The position numbers were made by a program, and so were the translations under genes. Positions 29,191-38,053 of a stretch of DNA of 64,000 bases are shown here, one piece after another. The stretch is taken from the IMG/VR virus record IMGVR_UViG_3300045988_176028; one strand, 5' to 3'. A model generated the notes under the pieces. It was given only the letters and a program-made list of their open reading frames with translations, had not been told where the DNA came from and ran no database searches. The number at the start of each line of letters is the position of its first letter. The first letter of the stretch is position 1. The DNA comes from a virus.

Positions 29191-30894
29191 CTACAGCATA
29201 CATCCTCGACTCAGCAAGTCACCGACATACTCCATGTCCACTCCACGCTCATTGAACGCCTTACGAGTGTAGACAAGACGATTCATGTTCGCATGGGACA
29301 GAACCCAACGTGCCAGCTCCGCACGTTCTGAATGGTCATTGTCGGCAATCGGCTTGTTACGTAACACAGCACGCTCCAACAGGTTGCGAAGACTCTTGAC
29401 CTCAAGGTAATAGTCCGACTTCAACTTGAACATGTAGCCGTCAGCGTCATAAACCACCACACCCTCACGGTCAGACCAGCGGCGTTCCTCGTCCAACATA
29501 TGCCACAGGCTATCCCGCTGTTCCTCAGTCGAAAAAACAGCCAGAACCTCGGGGCGGGTGAAGAATCTGTCAGTATCAATCAAATCGTCGGCGTCATAGT
29601 CGATATGGAAGTCGGCGGTGTTTTTGATGGCGTGCAGGAACACAAGCCGTGACGTATCATACCTGATGATATGACGGTCGGAATCTTGGTCGATGACTTC
29701 GAAAGCCAAGGTGACGTTAGCGTCATGGGCGATGTTCCACAACGCTTCCTCCTGACCGATGTCCAACGTTTGTTTGAAAAGACGTTGGATAAGATACGAA
29801 TAGTCGGTCTGGCCGCTCTTCGACCAGAAACGCCAAGAACCGTCCTCACGCGCGGACACCAAGCCGAGGAAACCGTTCTCCTTGCGTTCCACGCGCACTG
29901 GAAACTTGAGACGCCTATCAATGTTCTCACGAGTGGTCTGCTCGTTCTCCCCAAGGTTGAAGAACTTCTCGAAACCTCGTGCGACAACCTTACCGTTCCC
30001 GTCAAGGAACAGTCCGCGAGCCTTGCTGGAATACTTGTCCCAACGCTGGTTTTTGAAAGCGTCACGGCTGAAATTGCAAGCGTATACGTCGTTCTCGCCC
30101 TTGACTGGGCGGACGTTCACGTTGTCGGAGTCGCGCATGAGTTCGAGCAGGTTCCTTCCATCCGTGGAGAAGTCGGCAAACCCGTCATTGGCCTTATGCG
30201 CACCCTGCTCCAACCACTTCGAGTAACGGTCGAGAGTCCACTTCCTACCATCTCTGAGCGGCGGCATATCCAACTGGATGGCACCGGTCAAATCACGTCC
30301 CTTTGCCGGTACGGCGGTATAACCGAACTCGGCATTGTCGGGAACACGGGTCTTGTCGTTCCACAGCAATCCCACGTCCACCAGTGCGAGGTCTCCGGAC
30401 GGATTCATATGGTAGGTTCCGTCAACCTTCCTTACATGGATGTTGACCCAACGGCTTTCATGGTCAAGATTCTCATGACAAGTCTCATACTGGGTGCGCA
30501 GATACTCCTCCGGCACACGGTCGTTTTCCGGACGGGTCTGGTTGCGTTCCAGTAGAACGTCCAATGACGTGTTGAACGTCATGGTTTCCACATGTGCCTT
30601 ATGACGGACGGCAATCTGCACCTCGTTCACGCAGAAACGCGGGTTGACGTGCTGGGAGTCGCTGATGACGTTCACACCCTTGGCAAGCAGGTCGCTGATG
30701 ATGGTATGCGCCTGACGGACGAGAATCCTGTTCAACTGTGGATTCATGGTTTCATGCCATGCCTGACGACCTCCCGCCATCATTTCACGCAAACCGTCCA
30801 AGCTGACGATTACCGTATTGGAATCGACATGCTTACGTGCCCAAGTGCTCTTTCCTGAGCCGGGCAATCCTCTGAGAATGGTCAAAGTAGTCAT
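29191..30894 (-). CDS. polynucleotide 5'-kinase (P-loop) fused to Rnl1-like RNA ligase
   Basis: N-terminal LRGLPGSGKSTWARK P-loop. The central VERKENGFLG resembles the T4 Rnl1 KxDG adenylylation motif. 567 aa. Confidence 0.65.
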   Translation of the reverse strand: MTTLTILRGLPGSGKSTWARKHVDSNTVIVSLDGLREMMAGGRQAWHETMNPQLNRILVRQAHTIISDLLAKGVNVISDSQHVNPRFCVNEVQIAVRHKAHVETMTFNTSLDVLLERNQTRPENDRVPEEYLRTQYETCHENLDHESRWVNIHVRKVDGTYHMNPSGDLALVDVGLLWNDKTRVPDNAEFGYTAVPAKGRDLTGAIQLDMPPLRDGRKWTLDRYSKWLEQGAHKANDGFADFSTDGRNLLELMRDSDNVNVRPVKGENDVYACNFSRDAFKNQRWDKYSSKARGLFLDGNGKVVARGFEKFFNLGENEQTTRENIDRRLKFPVRVERKENGFLGLVSAREDGSWRFWSKSGQTDYSYLIQRLFKQTLDIGQEEALWNIAHDANVTLAFEVIDQDSDRHIIRYDTSRLVFLHAIKNTADFHIDYDADDLIDTDRFFTRPEVLAVFSTEEQRDSLWHMLDEERRWSDREGVVVYDADGYMFKLKSDYYLEVKSLRNLLERAVLRNKPIADNDHSERAELARWVLSHANMNRLVYTRKAFNERGVDMEYVGDLLSRGCML

Positions 30895-30926
30895 TATCTT
30901 TTTTTCTTTCGTTTCGTCTGTTTAAA

Positions 30927-31217
30927 TTATTGAACCTGAACGTCGTACAGTTTTTCCAGTATTTCTTCGGTGGATTCTTCCCCACGGTATTCAGTCCGGT
31001 CTGACGTGTAGATGCCGTCCATAATCTCGTAAAGGGAGACTATGGTTTCGTCGGTCAGATTGGAGAGACGGCCTTCGATGTACGCTTTTTTCATGGCGGC
31101 TCTCGTTTTTCCGTCGGACACCTTCTGCTGGTCGAGCCATTCGTCGGCGTCTTTTTTCGTCTTGCGGACAATCGCCATGCGTAAGGCGTTTGCGTATTGC
31201 TTCTGGTAGCTATTCAT
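30927..31217 (-). CDS. hypothetical protein (96 aa)
   Basis: AAGGAG RBS. First gene after the promoter at 31249. Confidence 0.55.
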   Translation of the reverse strand: MNSYQKQYANALRMAIVRKTKKDADEWLDQQKVSDGKTRAAMKKAYIEGRLSNLTDETIVSLYEIMDGIYTSDRTEYRGEESTEEILEKLYDVQVQ

Positions 31218-31248
31218 TTTTTTCTCCTTATGGTTTAAGACTTGTTTG

Positions 31249-31267
31249 TGTGAACAGTTCCAGTATA
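31249..31267 (-). promoter_or_regulatory. conserved promoter/leader motif copy
   Basis: Minus strand reads TATACT-GGAACT-GTTCACA. Confidence 0.65.
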
Positions 31268-31362
31268 GCTATTGTTTGGACAAAAAGCAAACCATGACGC
31301 AAACCAAAAAACGCCCGCCAATCCAACAAGGAAAAAGACGGACGTTTCAAAAACGCTCAGAC

Positions 31363-32058
31363 TCAACCCTCACGGAACATGCGAACCAGTTCAACCTCGG
31401 AAACTGGTCTCATATCCCAAGCGTCCAAGCCCACGTTGATTTCATTACGATTCTCAAACTCGCGTGGCATGTTCGCATGAGTGTGTCCGTGCAACAATCG
31501 CATGTTCTCCCCCACTTGCGGGATGGCATATGGGCGAAGCTCCGGCTTCGCCCAAGCTGCCACCCCATCCAAAGCGGGAAGGTCGAAGTCCTCACGCCAT
31601 TGGAAGTGGCAGAGGAACACGGGCATGACGGTTTCGCCATCCGTAATGTCAGTCATACCGATACGCCCGATTTCCCCGAACGCTTCGGTCAAATCCTTGA
31701 AGCCCTTGCTCTTACCGTACAGCACGTCATCATGGTTCCCGAGAATCAAATGCCGGTTATTACGAGGGCAACGCAGACCCTTAATATGCATAAGCGCCTG
31801 ATGAAGACTCCAAGCACCGCCACTGCACAAGTCCCCGAGAATGTAGAGTTCATCATTCGGCCCTACGATTTCGTTGATACGGTCAGTCACGTCCATATCA
31901 TGCCGATACCAGTTGACGCAGTCCTTGACCTGCATGTGGGCTTCGTTCGCCTGTTGCTTGATGGTATTGTCCGAAGTGAAACCGGGCTTCGCATATCCCC
32001 GTAATGCGGCCACAAACGGGTGGGCGAAGTGAGTGTCAGAAGTAAAGTATTTGGTCAT
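31363..32058 (-). CDS. calcineurin-like metallophosphoesterase
   Basis: SDTHFAH, ILGDLCSGG, LGNHD and HGHTH motifs. Confidence 0.75.
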   Translation of the reverse strand: MTKYFTSDTHFAHPFVAALRGYAKPGFTSDNTIKQQANEAHMQVKDCVNWYRHDMDVTDRINEIVGPNDELYILGDLCSGGAWSLHQALMHIKGLRCPRNNRHLILGNHDDVLYGKSKGFKDLTEAFGEIGRIGMTDITDGETVMPVFLCHFQWREDFDLPALDGVAAWAKPELRPYAIPQVGENMRLLHGHTHANMPREFENRNEINVGLDAWDMRPVSEVELVRMFREG

Positions 32059-32118
32059 TGTCTTTTCCTTAAAAAAGATAAGGAGATAGGATTGGCCCCT
32101 ATCCCCTAGAATTACGAA

Positions 32119-32532
32119 CTACTTGATGGGAACAGGAACAGCCAACAGCTCATTATTGGCGTTCTGCACGAGAATTTCCGGCGAGTGGAACCGCTTTGCC
32201 CAGTGGTCGAACTGTTCCTCTGTAAGACCGGTGTCCTCTCCGCTTTCGGGGTCGAACCCTGAGATGAAGAACGTGCCCGCCATCATTTCCACGATTTGCG
32301 AACCGGCCCTGTTATCGAGGTCGTATGCCCTGATTGCACGGTTGAGGCTCCAACTGCCGAGTTTGCCTTCCTCGTTGCAGTAGATGGTGGCTCCGTTTTT
32401 GAGGCCGTATGGTTCGATGTAACCGCCTACCTCATGCTGTTTCGCTTCGAGGGTGTTGGGGATGGTTTTGCGAATGGGTTTATCGTCCTGCTTGATGACG
32501 AGGATTTCGATGGTTTCCTGCCTGTCGCTCAT
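32119..32532 (-). CDS. DUF3846-like protein
   Basis: AGGAG RBS precedes ATG 32532 (the ORF track starts at GTG 32538). VGGYIEPY...IYCNEEGKLGSWSLNRA fits DUF3846, a family common on conjugative elements. Confidence 0.55.
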   Translation of the reverse strand: MSDRQETIEILVIKQDDKPIRKTIPNTLEAKQHEVGGYIEPYGLKNGATIYCNEEGKLGSWSLNRAIRAYDLDNRAGSQIVEMMAGTFFISGFDPESGEDTGLTEEQFDHWAKRFHSPEILVQNANNELLAVPVPIK

Positions 32533-32552
32533 TTTCACTCCTAGCTTGTTTG

Positions 32553-32574
32553 TGTGAACGATTCCACTATATCA
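32553..32574 (-). promoter_or_regulatory. conserved promoter/leader motif copy
   Basis: Minus strand reads TGATATAGT-GGAATC-GTTCACA. Confidence 0.65.
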
Positions 32575-32847
32575 CATCGTGAGAAAGAAGCAAAATCCCG
32601 CAAAACCATAAAACACAAACGCCCCTCAATGCCGTGGAAAATACAAAAACCTCCAACAAACGAAAGGGGCAAAACGTTGAAAACCAAAGAATTCAAGGAA
32701 GTAACCGTCTGCGAGGACGAAAGCGAAGCATACGAATACTGAAACCACCATTCCGACCCGAACCCATACGATTGTTGCAACCTACACAAAACAGGTGTCC
32801 CGCCATTAGGTGACAGTAATAGATTTAGAAAGACAGAAGCCAACTGA

Positions 32848-32903
32848 CAAAAAGAAAGAGTCCGGCTGGTGCTCAAAATCCGCAAAACACCTACCGGACT
32901 CTT
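32848..32903 (-). terminator. rho-independent terminator
   Basis: Minus strand AGAGTCCGG-N29-CCGGACTCT followed by TTCTTTTTGTC. Confidence 0.55.
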
Positions 32904-33010
32904 CTTAGAGGGTAATCTATTCCAAGGTTCGATACTTATATGTGGGACTAACTGTTCCAAGAGTTAGAACCGGCGAACATGGCAATCATTACCGCCATTC
33001 GTTTCCTTGT

Positions 33011-34102
33011 TCAGCTTATCTTCGTGATACCGACAAGATGATTGCCATTCCCGTTGCAAGTCTGCATCCAGTCACCGGAGTCGGGAGCATACTGGGCACC
33101 CTGAACGCTCTGTCCGTTAACCCGATAGGTGGAGCCGTTCATGGTGAACGTCTGACCCGCTTGCAGATTGTTAATCCACGCGCCACCCGTATTGTTGTGT
33201 TGCGCATACACGTGGCCGTTGCCATAGTTCAAGTCCACGATGCCGCCGCCGTCAACCGCGCCTTGGCAGTGGTCTGCGGCAGAAGTCAAATTGCAGGACA
33301 TGGAACTGTAGTAGCCGCGCGGAGTGGACTGGATTGGAGTGTAGGAACCATAGTTGGAACGGGTAGTCGCATAGTTTCCGTTCGTAGTGTCGGACGCCTG
33401 AGAATAGGACGCCGCCACTACGCTCTGCTGACGTTCCTGTCCGATACGGGACTGACGTGCGTTCATATCGTCGGACACCTTGTTAATCAGCTTGTCCAAT
33501 TCGGACACGTCCACGCTCATGGTTTTCACGTCCGTGGATTCCATCAGATACTTGGCCTTCTCCAACAGGTCAGACAGTTTATCGCGATTGTTTTCATCGT
33601 CCACGTTGCCGTTGGATGATTCCAAAATTCTCTTACCCTTATCAACCATATCGGCAAGCTTCTTCCTCATATCATTAAGCTTGTGGGAGGCGATGGCGGT
33701 ATCCACAGATTTGGCCGTCCGGTCGATGGAACGGATAAGAGAGTGAATGCGATTATTGGACTCGACCGTCTTGTCGGTCAGGGATGAAACGGTGAAGACA
33801 GTAGCCTTCTCTTTTTGCGACATGTGGATTTTAGTCGCTTCCGTTAATTGGGATTGCAATGCCTCACGGGCAATACGGGTAGCGTCATCATCGTCACGAG
33901 TGACAATGGTCTTGTTTTGAACGTTTTCCGTATCCTGTTTCAAACGTGCAGTCAGAGTGACTGTATGGTTCAATGCCGTCTCATATTCTTTCCGATTCTG
34001 CATGAACTCATTGGCGGTAGCCGTGTTGGCGGGAATAAGAACCATTGCGATAACCAGTGAGATGAACATGATGGTTCTCATGGTCTTGGTGTTGGTTTTC
34101 AA
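33011..34102 (-). CDS. secreted coiled-coil protein with C-terminal His/Cys domain
   Basis: Signal peptide MKTNTKTMRTIMFISLVIAMVLIPANTATA. The C-terminus HVYAQHNNTGG...STYRV...WMQTCNG has a sortase-like H...TC order, but no family is assigned. Confidence 0.55.
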   Translation of the reverse strand: MKTNTKTMRTIMFISLVIAMVLIPANTATANEFMQNRKEYETALNHTVTLTARLKQDTENVQNKTIVTRDDDDATRIAREALQSQLTEATKIHMSQKEKATVFTVSSLTDKTVESNNRIHSLIRSIDRTAKSVDTAIASHKLNDMRKKLADMVDKGKRILESSNGNVDDENNRDKLSDLLEKAKYLMESTDVKTMSVDVSELDKLINKVSDDMNARQSRIGQERQQSVVAASYSQASDTTNGNYATTRSNYGSYTPIQSTPRGYYSSMSCNLTSAADHCQGAVDGGGIVDLNYGNGHVYAQHNNTGGAWINNLQAGQTFTMNGSTYRVNGQSVQGAQYAPDSGDWMQTCNGNGNHLVGITKIS

Positions 34103-34162
34103 TTTTTTGCTTTCTTTTTCTTTTTGATTTGGTTTCTTTTTGTGGAATATGTTTTTAAGGCT

Positions 34163-34417
34163 TTAACCTAGGAAAGCCATTTCGTCGGCTAGTTCGTCTT
34201 CGCCTTTTTCTCTGAGTAGGTTTGCCACACCATATCGTTGATTCCAACAACGCACTATGGTGTCCGCTTTTATGTTGGGCGCTCCCCAGACGGTTGGTAG
34301 GATGGAACATTCGTCCGGCTTGTGGCTGATGCCGTAGCATGTTCCGTTTACGGTATTGTCATAGACGAGTCGAACCGGCTTACCGCAGAATGGGCATGGG
34401 GCTAGATGGAAACTCAA
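34163..34417 (-). CDS. Lar-family restriction-alleviation-like zinc-ribbon protein
   Basis: MSFHLAPCPFCGKPV...DECS...VRCWNQRY fits the Lar pattern (CPFCG ... WN.R). Confidence 0.5.
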   Translation of the reverse strand: MSFHLAPCPFCGKPVRLVYDNTVNGTCYGISHKPDECSILPTVWGAPNIKADTIVRCWNQRYGVANLLREKGEDELADEMAFLG

Positions 34418-34508
34418 AGAAGCTCTCCTAATATCTCTTCGATTGGGATGTCTTCTTCCACGTCGATAGTCTTATACAAGGAACGTAGAAATAAGGCAGT
34501 ATTCCAAT

Positions 34509-34727
34509 TTAGGTTTCTTTCGTGTGGACACTTCTAGTATAACACGTCTTTGGTTTAGTTTTACCGCACCTAGTTCCACTCTGCCGTTGCATGTCGATTA
34601 GTCGAAATACTTCCTCCTCATCCAAATCGACCCAACGCCCGTCGAACGGACTTTGATAGAACTCGTTTTGCGGCAGTGGACGAATCTCACCATCTTTCAA
34701 ACGGATTCCTCCCTCTGTTTTCGACAT
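34509..34727 (-). CDS. hypothetical protein (72 aa)
   Basis: The ORF overlaps the upstream gene by 31 nt and its 3' end covers the next promoter. Confidence 0.3.
   Translation of the reverse strand: MSKTEGGIRLKDGEIRPLPQNEFYQSPFDGRWVDLDEEEVFRLIDMQRQSGTRCGKTKPKTCYTRSVHTKET
34523..34544 (-). promoter_or_regulatory. conserved promoter/leader motif copy
   Basis: Minus strand reads TGTTATACT-AGAAGT-GTCCACA. Confidence 0.6.
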
Positions 34728-35287
34728 TCACGGAAGACGCGCAGAAGAATCCGCGTAGCCGCCTGTTCCGGAGTCAAACCCTTCAAGTCCAATACCGGAA
34801 TAATGGTGGAACCAACATTCACATGCAGTCCGCCGATAATGCCGTAACAGTAGTCATTATAGGTTCTTAATTCGGCATGGACTCCACGGTACGGCATGGA
34901 AATGTTTTCCACGTCCCCGTTGCAATCCCAGTGGGACCCGCCATGCCGTTCTATCAAATCCAACAATGCGTCTTTGACCTGCGAGCCGAACGTGGAAGCC
35001 GAATATGTGATTTTAGGCGTCACATAGTTCATGCATCCGCAGTTCGGACAAGGATACGGCTGCTGTTGCCCGATTGTTCCACCGTACAGCCGGGTGATAG
35101 GAGTGGAACAGTATCCGCAATCCAGCCTGCCGTTGATAACCATTTTGATACTAACTCCTCTATTCGGTTCCATATTTTTTTTGACGGCTTCACTCGGCGG
35201 CATTCCCGCATATTCGAATACAGGAAGCCCCTCATGGTTGACGTTCACATGCAATCCGTCAGTCCTTCTTCTGTAATCTTTTTGCAC
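34697..35287 (-). CDS. hypothetical protein with CxxC...CPNCGC zinc ribbon (196 aa)
   Basis: ORF-track frame, within the operon. Confidence 0.5.
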   Translation of the reverse strand: MQKDYRRRTDGLHVNVNHEGLPVFEYAGMPPSEAVKKNMEPNRGVSIKMVINGRLDCGYCSTPITRLYGGTIGQQQPYPCPNCGCMNYVTPKITYSASTFGSQVKDALLDLIERHGGSHWDCNGDVENISMPYRGVHAELRTYNDYCYGIIGGLHVNVGSTIIPVLDLKGLTPEQAATRILLRVFRECRKQREESV

Positions 35288-35849
35288 GTCGTTCTTCGGG
35301 AGTGCCGAAACGCTTGTAGTAGCATTCCTTGGAGCAGATGTCGTAGGCTTTCATGCCGGAATAGTAGGGGTATTTTCGACCGCATTCGGCACATGTTCTG
35401 GTGGCCGTAGCCATCATGTTTTTGGCGAAGGCGATGCCCTCCGGAGTTCCAGTTGCGATATACTTGTCACCGCGCTTGACGTAGGTGACGCACCCGTAGT
35501 GGCGGAGCCGTTCCATGCTGGCTTTGGCTGTAGGCTGGGAGACGTAGTTCCAGCCGTATCCTTTGCGGGAGATTTCCTCAAGAATGTTGAACATGTCGTA
35601 TTGGAGGTACTTGCGTTCAGGCTTGTACTGTCCGACATGTGTTTCAACGAACTCGCTGATAGCATCCATGTCGGGGATGAACCAGTCTCCGATGGTGGAG
35701 TAGTGTTCGATTCTTCCGAAGTCTTTCCGGACTAGGGATTCGAGGATTTTCTTGGTTTGCTCCAAGAGGATTCGACTGTTGTCTTCCCGCTTGTCGCGGG
35801 ATGAAATGAATTCCAAGAGACTGTATTCGTCTGCTGTGATGTTGTTCAT
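35259..35849 (-). CDS. hypothetical protein, C-terminal CxxC...C..C zinc motif (196 aa)
   Basis: AAGGAG RBS precedes ATG 35849. The longer track ORF (to 35969) would run through its own promoter. Confidence 0.55.
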   Translation of the reverse strand: MNNITADEYSLLEFISSRDKREDNSRILLEQTKKILESLVRKDFGRIEHYSTIGDWFIPDMDAISEFVETHVGQYKPERKYLQYDMFNILEEISRKGYGWNYVSQPTAKASMERLRHYGCVTYVKRGDKYIATGTPEGIAFAKNMMATATRTCAECGRKYPYYSGMKAYDICSKECYYKRFGTPEERRAKRLQKKD

Positions 35850-35875
35850 GTTCGTCTCCTTTATGAAAGATTTTG

Positions 35876-35894
35876 TGTGAACAGTTCCAGTATA
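35876..35894 (-). promoter_or_regulatory. conserved promoter/leader motif copy
   Basis: Minus strand reads TATACT-GGAACT-GTTCACA. Confidence 0.65.
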
Positions 35895-35913
35895 GTGCAT
35901 GTTGGCTGAAATG

Positions 35914-35962
35914 CAAAAAACAAAAAGCCCCAACCCTCCTATCAGGAAGGTCAGGGCTTCTA
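35914..35962 (-). terminator. rho-independent terminator
   Basis: Minus strand AGCCCTGACC...GGTTGGGGCT followed by TTTTTGTTTTTT. Confidence 0.65.
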
Positions 35963-36084
35963 ATCTCAAAGAGATATCAGTCGTCGTTGCGGCGGACAGA
36001 ACGCTTCACTCCAATGAAACCGACACCCATCATTCACAGCCTTCGCCGCCGCCAATCGTCTTATCGACACACGCACGAACGCTT

Positions 36085-37842
36085 TTACAGGGCGAGTATG
36101 GTGACACGCGGATACGGCCTTGCCTTCAACGCGCCGCGGTCGCCCGCGTTGAACCGTTTCATCATCTCCCCGTACCGGTCGGACAGCGCACCCCTCACCG
36201 GCATGTCCACGTGCTCAAGGGAGACGCAGTTGGAGAACATGGCCGGCCCCCTGTCGTCCATCTCTACGTCGGAGGGAAGCTCCAGATTGGAGATGTCCAG
36301 CCTGCGAAGCCGCTCGCAATGCATGAACATGCGATTGATGTCCTTGACCTGCGGCAGCCGCAGTTCCGACAGGTCCAGTTCGGTAATCCGATTCCCCCAC
36401 GAGGCGAACATCTCACGGGCGACCTCCGCGCCGCTCACATCCAATCCGGGCACCTTCAGGCTCGTCACGTCGGGGCCAAGTCGGAACAGACGCTCGCAGT
36501 CCTTCGCGTCCGGGGCCTTCAGGTTGACGATTTCAACGTCCCCGAAGCCCGAATTGTTGAACATCCATGCCAGACTGACGGTCTTCGACATGTCCAGATT
36601 CGTGAAGTCCACCCGGCGCAATGCCCACATGTCCTCGAAGAAGACGCTCATGTCCTCCGGTGCCTTGGAACCCGGCACGAAGCGGATTCCCTCAATCCTG
36701 TTACGGTTGCCTATGTCCGCCCATTTCGGATTGTGGGCAAGCGTGCGCGGTTCGGGGCATCCGTCGCGCCAGTCGAAGGTAAGCACGTAGGTAAGAGCAC
36801 CCGGACGATAGTTCAGCTTCCAGCCGTCCCCTTGGGCTATGAGACTGTTGTCACGATAATGGTTGACGAACCCTCCGGGAAGAGTGCTCCCCTTTGTCTT
36901 CGTGTTCTCGAAGAACATGCTCCCCGCCCCGTAGGCTTGACCGAAATCCACTCGACGGACATTGCTATTATGGGAACGGAGACTCTGCACGCTCGCTCCG
37001 CTTACTGTCGCGTCGGACATCACCGTCTTGTTCAGGAATGCCCTGTCCATCGTCGCGCCGGTCAGATTCACCTTCCGCAGGTCGATGCCTCCCATGTTGG
37101 CTCCGGTCAAATCGGCTCCGGCAAGGTTCACGCGCTCCATGTTCGTGCATTCGAAGACGGCGTTTCGTAGTATCGCATCCGACATGTCTGCCCCGTTGAA
37201 TTGGAACCAGCTTACCTTGGCACGGCTGAAGTCGGCTTCGCGCAGGTCGGCGTTCTCCAGATAGACGGGACGCCCCGCTTTCAGCGTCCCAAGGAACCTC
37301 ATGCGCCGCATGTCGGCGTCGCGGAAAACGGTGTGGCCTAGAGGGGTGCCTGAGTCGATTAGCGAACCCCTCAAATCAGCCCCCGACATGTCTACGTCGC
37401 AAAGGTCAACGCCGGAGAAGTCGAGGTATCGCAGGTCAAGCCCACTCAGGTCACGGCCGCGAAGAACGTTCCCCAAGCGGTAAAGCTCGGTTTCCACGAC
37501 GACGCCCGGACTCGGCCTGCCGACGCGCATGTATCGCGTCAGCCTGATGTCTTCCGGCAGGCCGCGTCCATCGTCCCGGATGTCGGGTGCGTACAGGCGG
37601 ATACCAAGCCCCAGCTTCGTCCCATCGGGGATGCGGCCAATGACCTTGTCGGCGTTCTTTCCGTCGTTCGCAAAAAGTTCCACCAGACGTTGTGCCGTCC
37701 GTCGCACGTTTTCCACGATGCCGGGGGTTTCCGCCCATTCGACCAGCGAAGGCAGTGTTTGGTCGGTGATTTCCCTGTCGGAGAGGTCTCCGTATTCTCT
37801 CACGGAGACTTCCATCGTCTCCGTTCCGTCTGTGATTCTCAT
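36085..37842 (-). CDS. pentapeptide-repeat protein fused to BspA/DUF285-type leucine-rich repeats, no signal peptide
   Basis: AAAGGAG RBS precedes ATG 37842. Runs of A(D/N)LxG pentapeptides (GADLTGANMGGIDLRKVNLTGATM). C-terminus has MFxxC...L..LD(L/I)S repeats. Confidence 0.7.
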   Translation of the reverse strand: MRITDGTETMEVSVREYGDLSDREITDQTLPSLVEWAETPGIVENVRRTAQRLVELFANDGKNADKVIGRIPDGTKLGLGIRLYAPDIRDDGRGLPEDIRLTRYMRVGRPSPGVVVETELYRLGNVLRGRDLSGLDLRYLDFSGVDLCDVDMSGADLRGSLIDSGTPLGHTVFRDADMRRMRFLGTLKAGRPVYLENADLREADFSRAKVSWFQFNGADMSDAILRNAVFECTNMERVNLAGADLTGANMGGIDLRKVNLTGATMDRAFLNKTVMSDATVSGASVQSLRSHNSNVRRVDFGQAYGAGSMFFENTKTKGSTLPGGFVNHYRDNSLIAQGDGWKLNYRPGALTYVLTFDWRDGCPEPRTLAHNPKWADIGNRNRIEGIRFVPGSKAPEDMSVFFEDMWALRRVDFTNLDMSKTVSLAWMFNNSGFGDVEIVNLKAPDAKDCERLFRLGPDVTSLKVPGLDVSGAEVAREMFASWGNRITELDLSELRLPQVKDINRMFMHCERLRRLDISNLELPSDVEMDDRGPAMFSNCVSLEHVDMPVRGALSDRYGEMMKRFNAGDRGALKARPYPRVTILAL

Positions 37843-37920
37843 GTTCTCTCCTTTTAGCGTTTCTCTAGCACGTCCGGTAAGCCGTCCGAGCAGGATGGGT
37901 TTGCCGACTGATTGATTTTG

Positions 37921-37939
37921 TGTAGACAATCCCAGTATA
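37921..37939 (-). promoter_or_regulatory. conserved promoter/leader motif copy (GTCTACA variant)
   Basis: Minus strand reads TATACT-GGGATT-GTCTACA. Confidence 0.6.
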
Positions 37940-37989
37940 GATGTTTTTGGAAGAATCGTCAAAAACTATAACGCCAAGCAGACTACAGA

Positions 37990-38037
37990 TACAGAAACCC
38001 CGGCCAACTAATCAAAAGAAAGGAAGGCCGGGGTCTC
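37990..38037 (-). terminator. terminator hairpin
   Basis: Minus strand GAGACCCCGGCC-N20-GGCCGGGGTTTC forms a 12 bp stem. The U-tail is weak. Confidence 0.5.
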
Positions 38038-38053
38038 TAAGGTCAAAAGCCCA

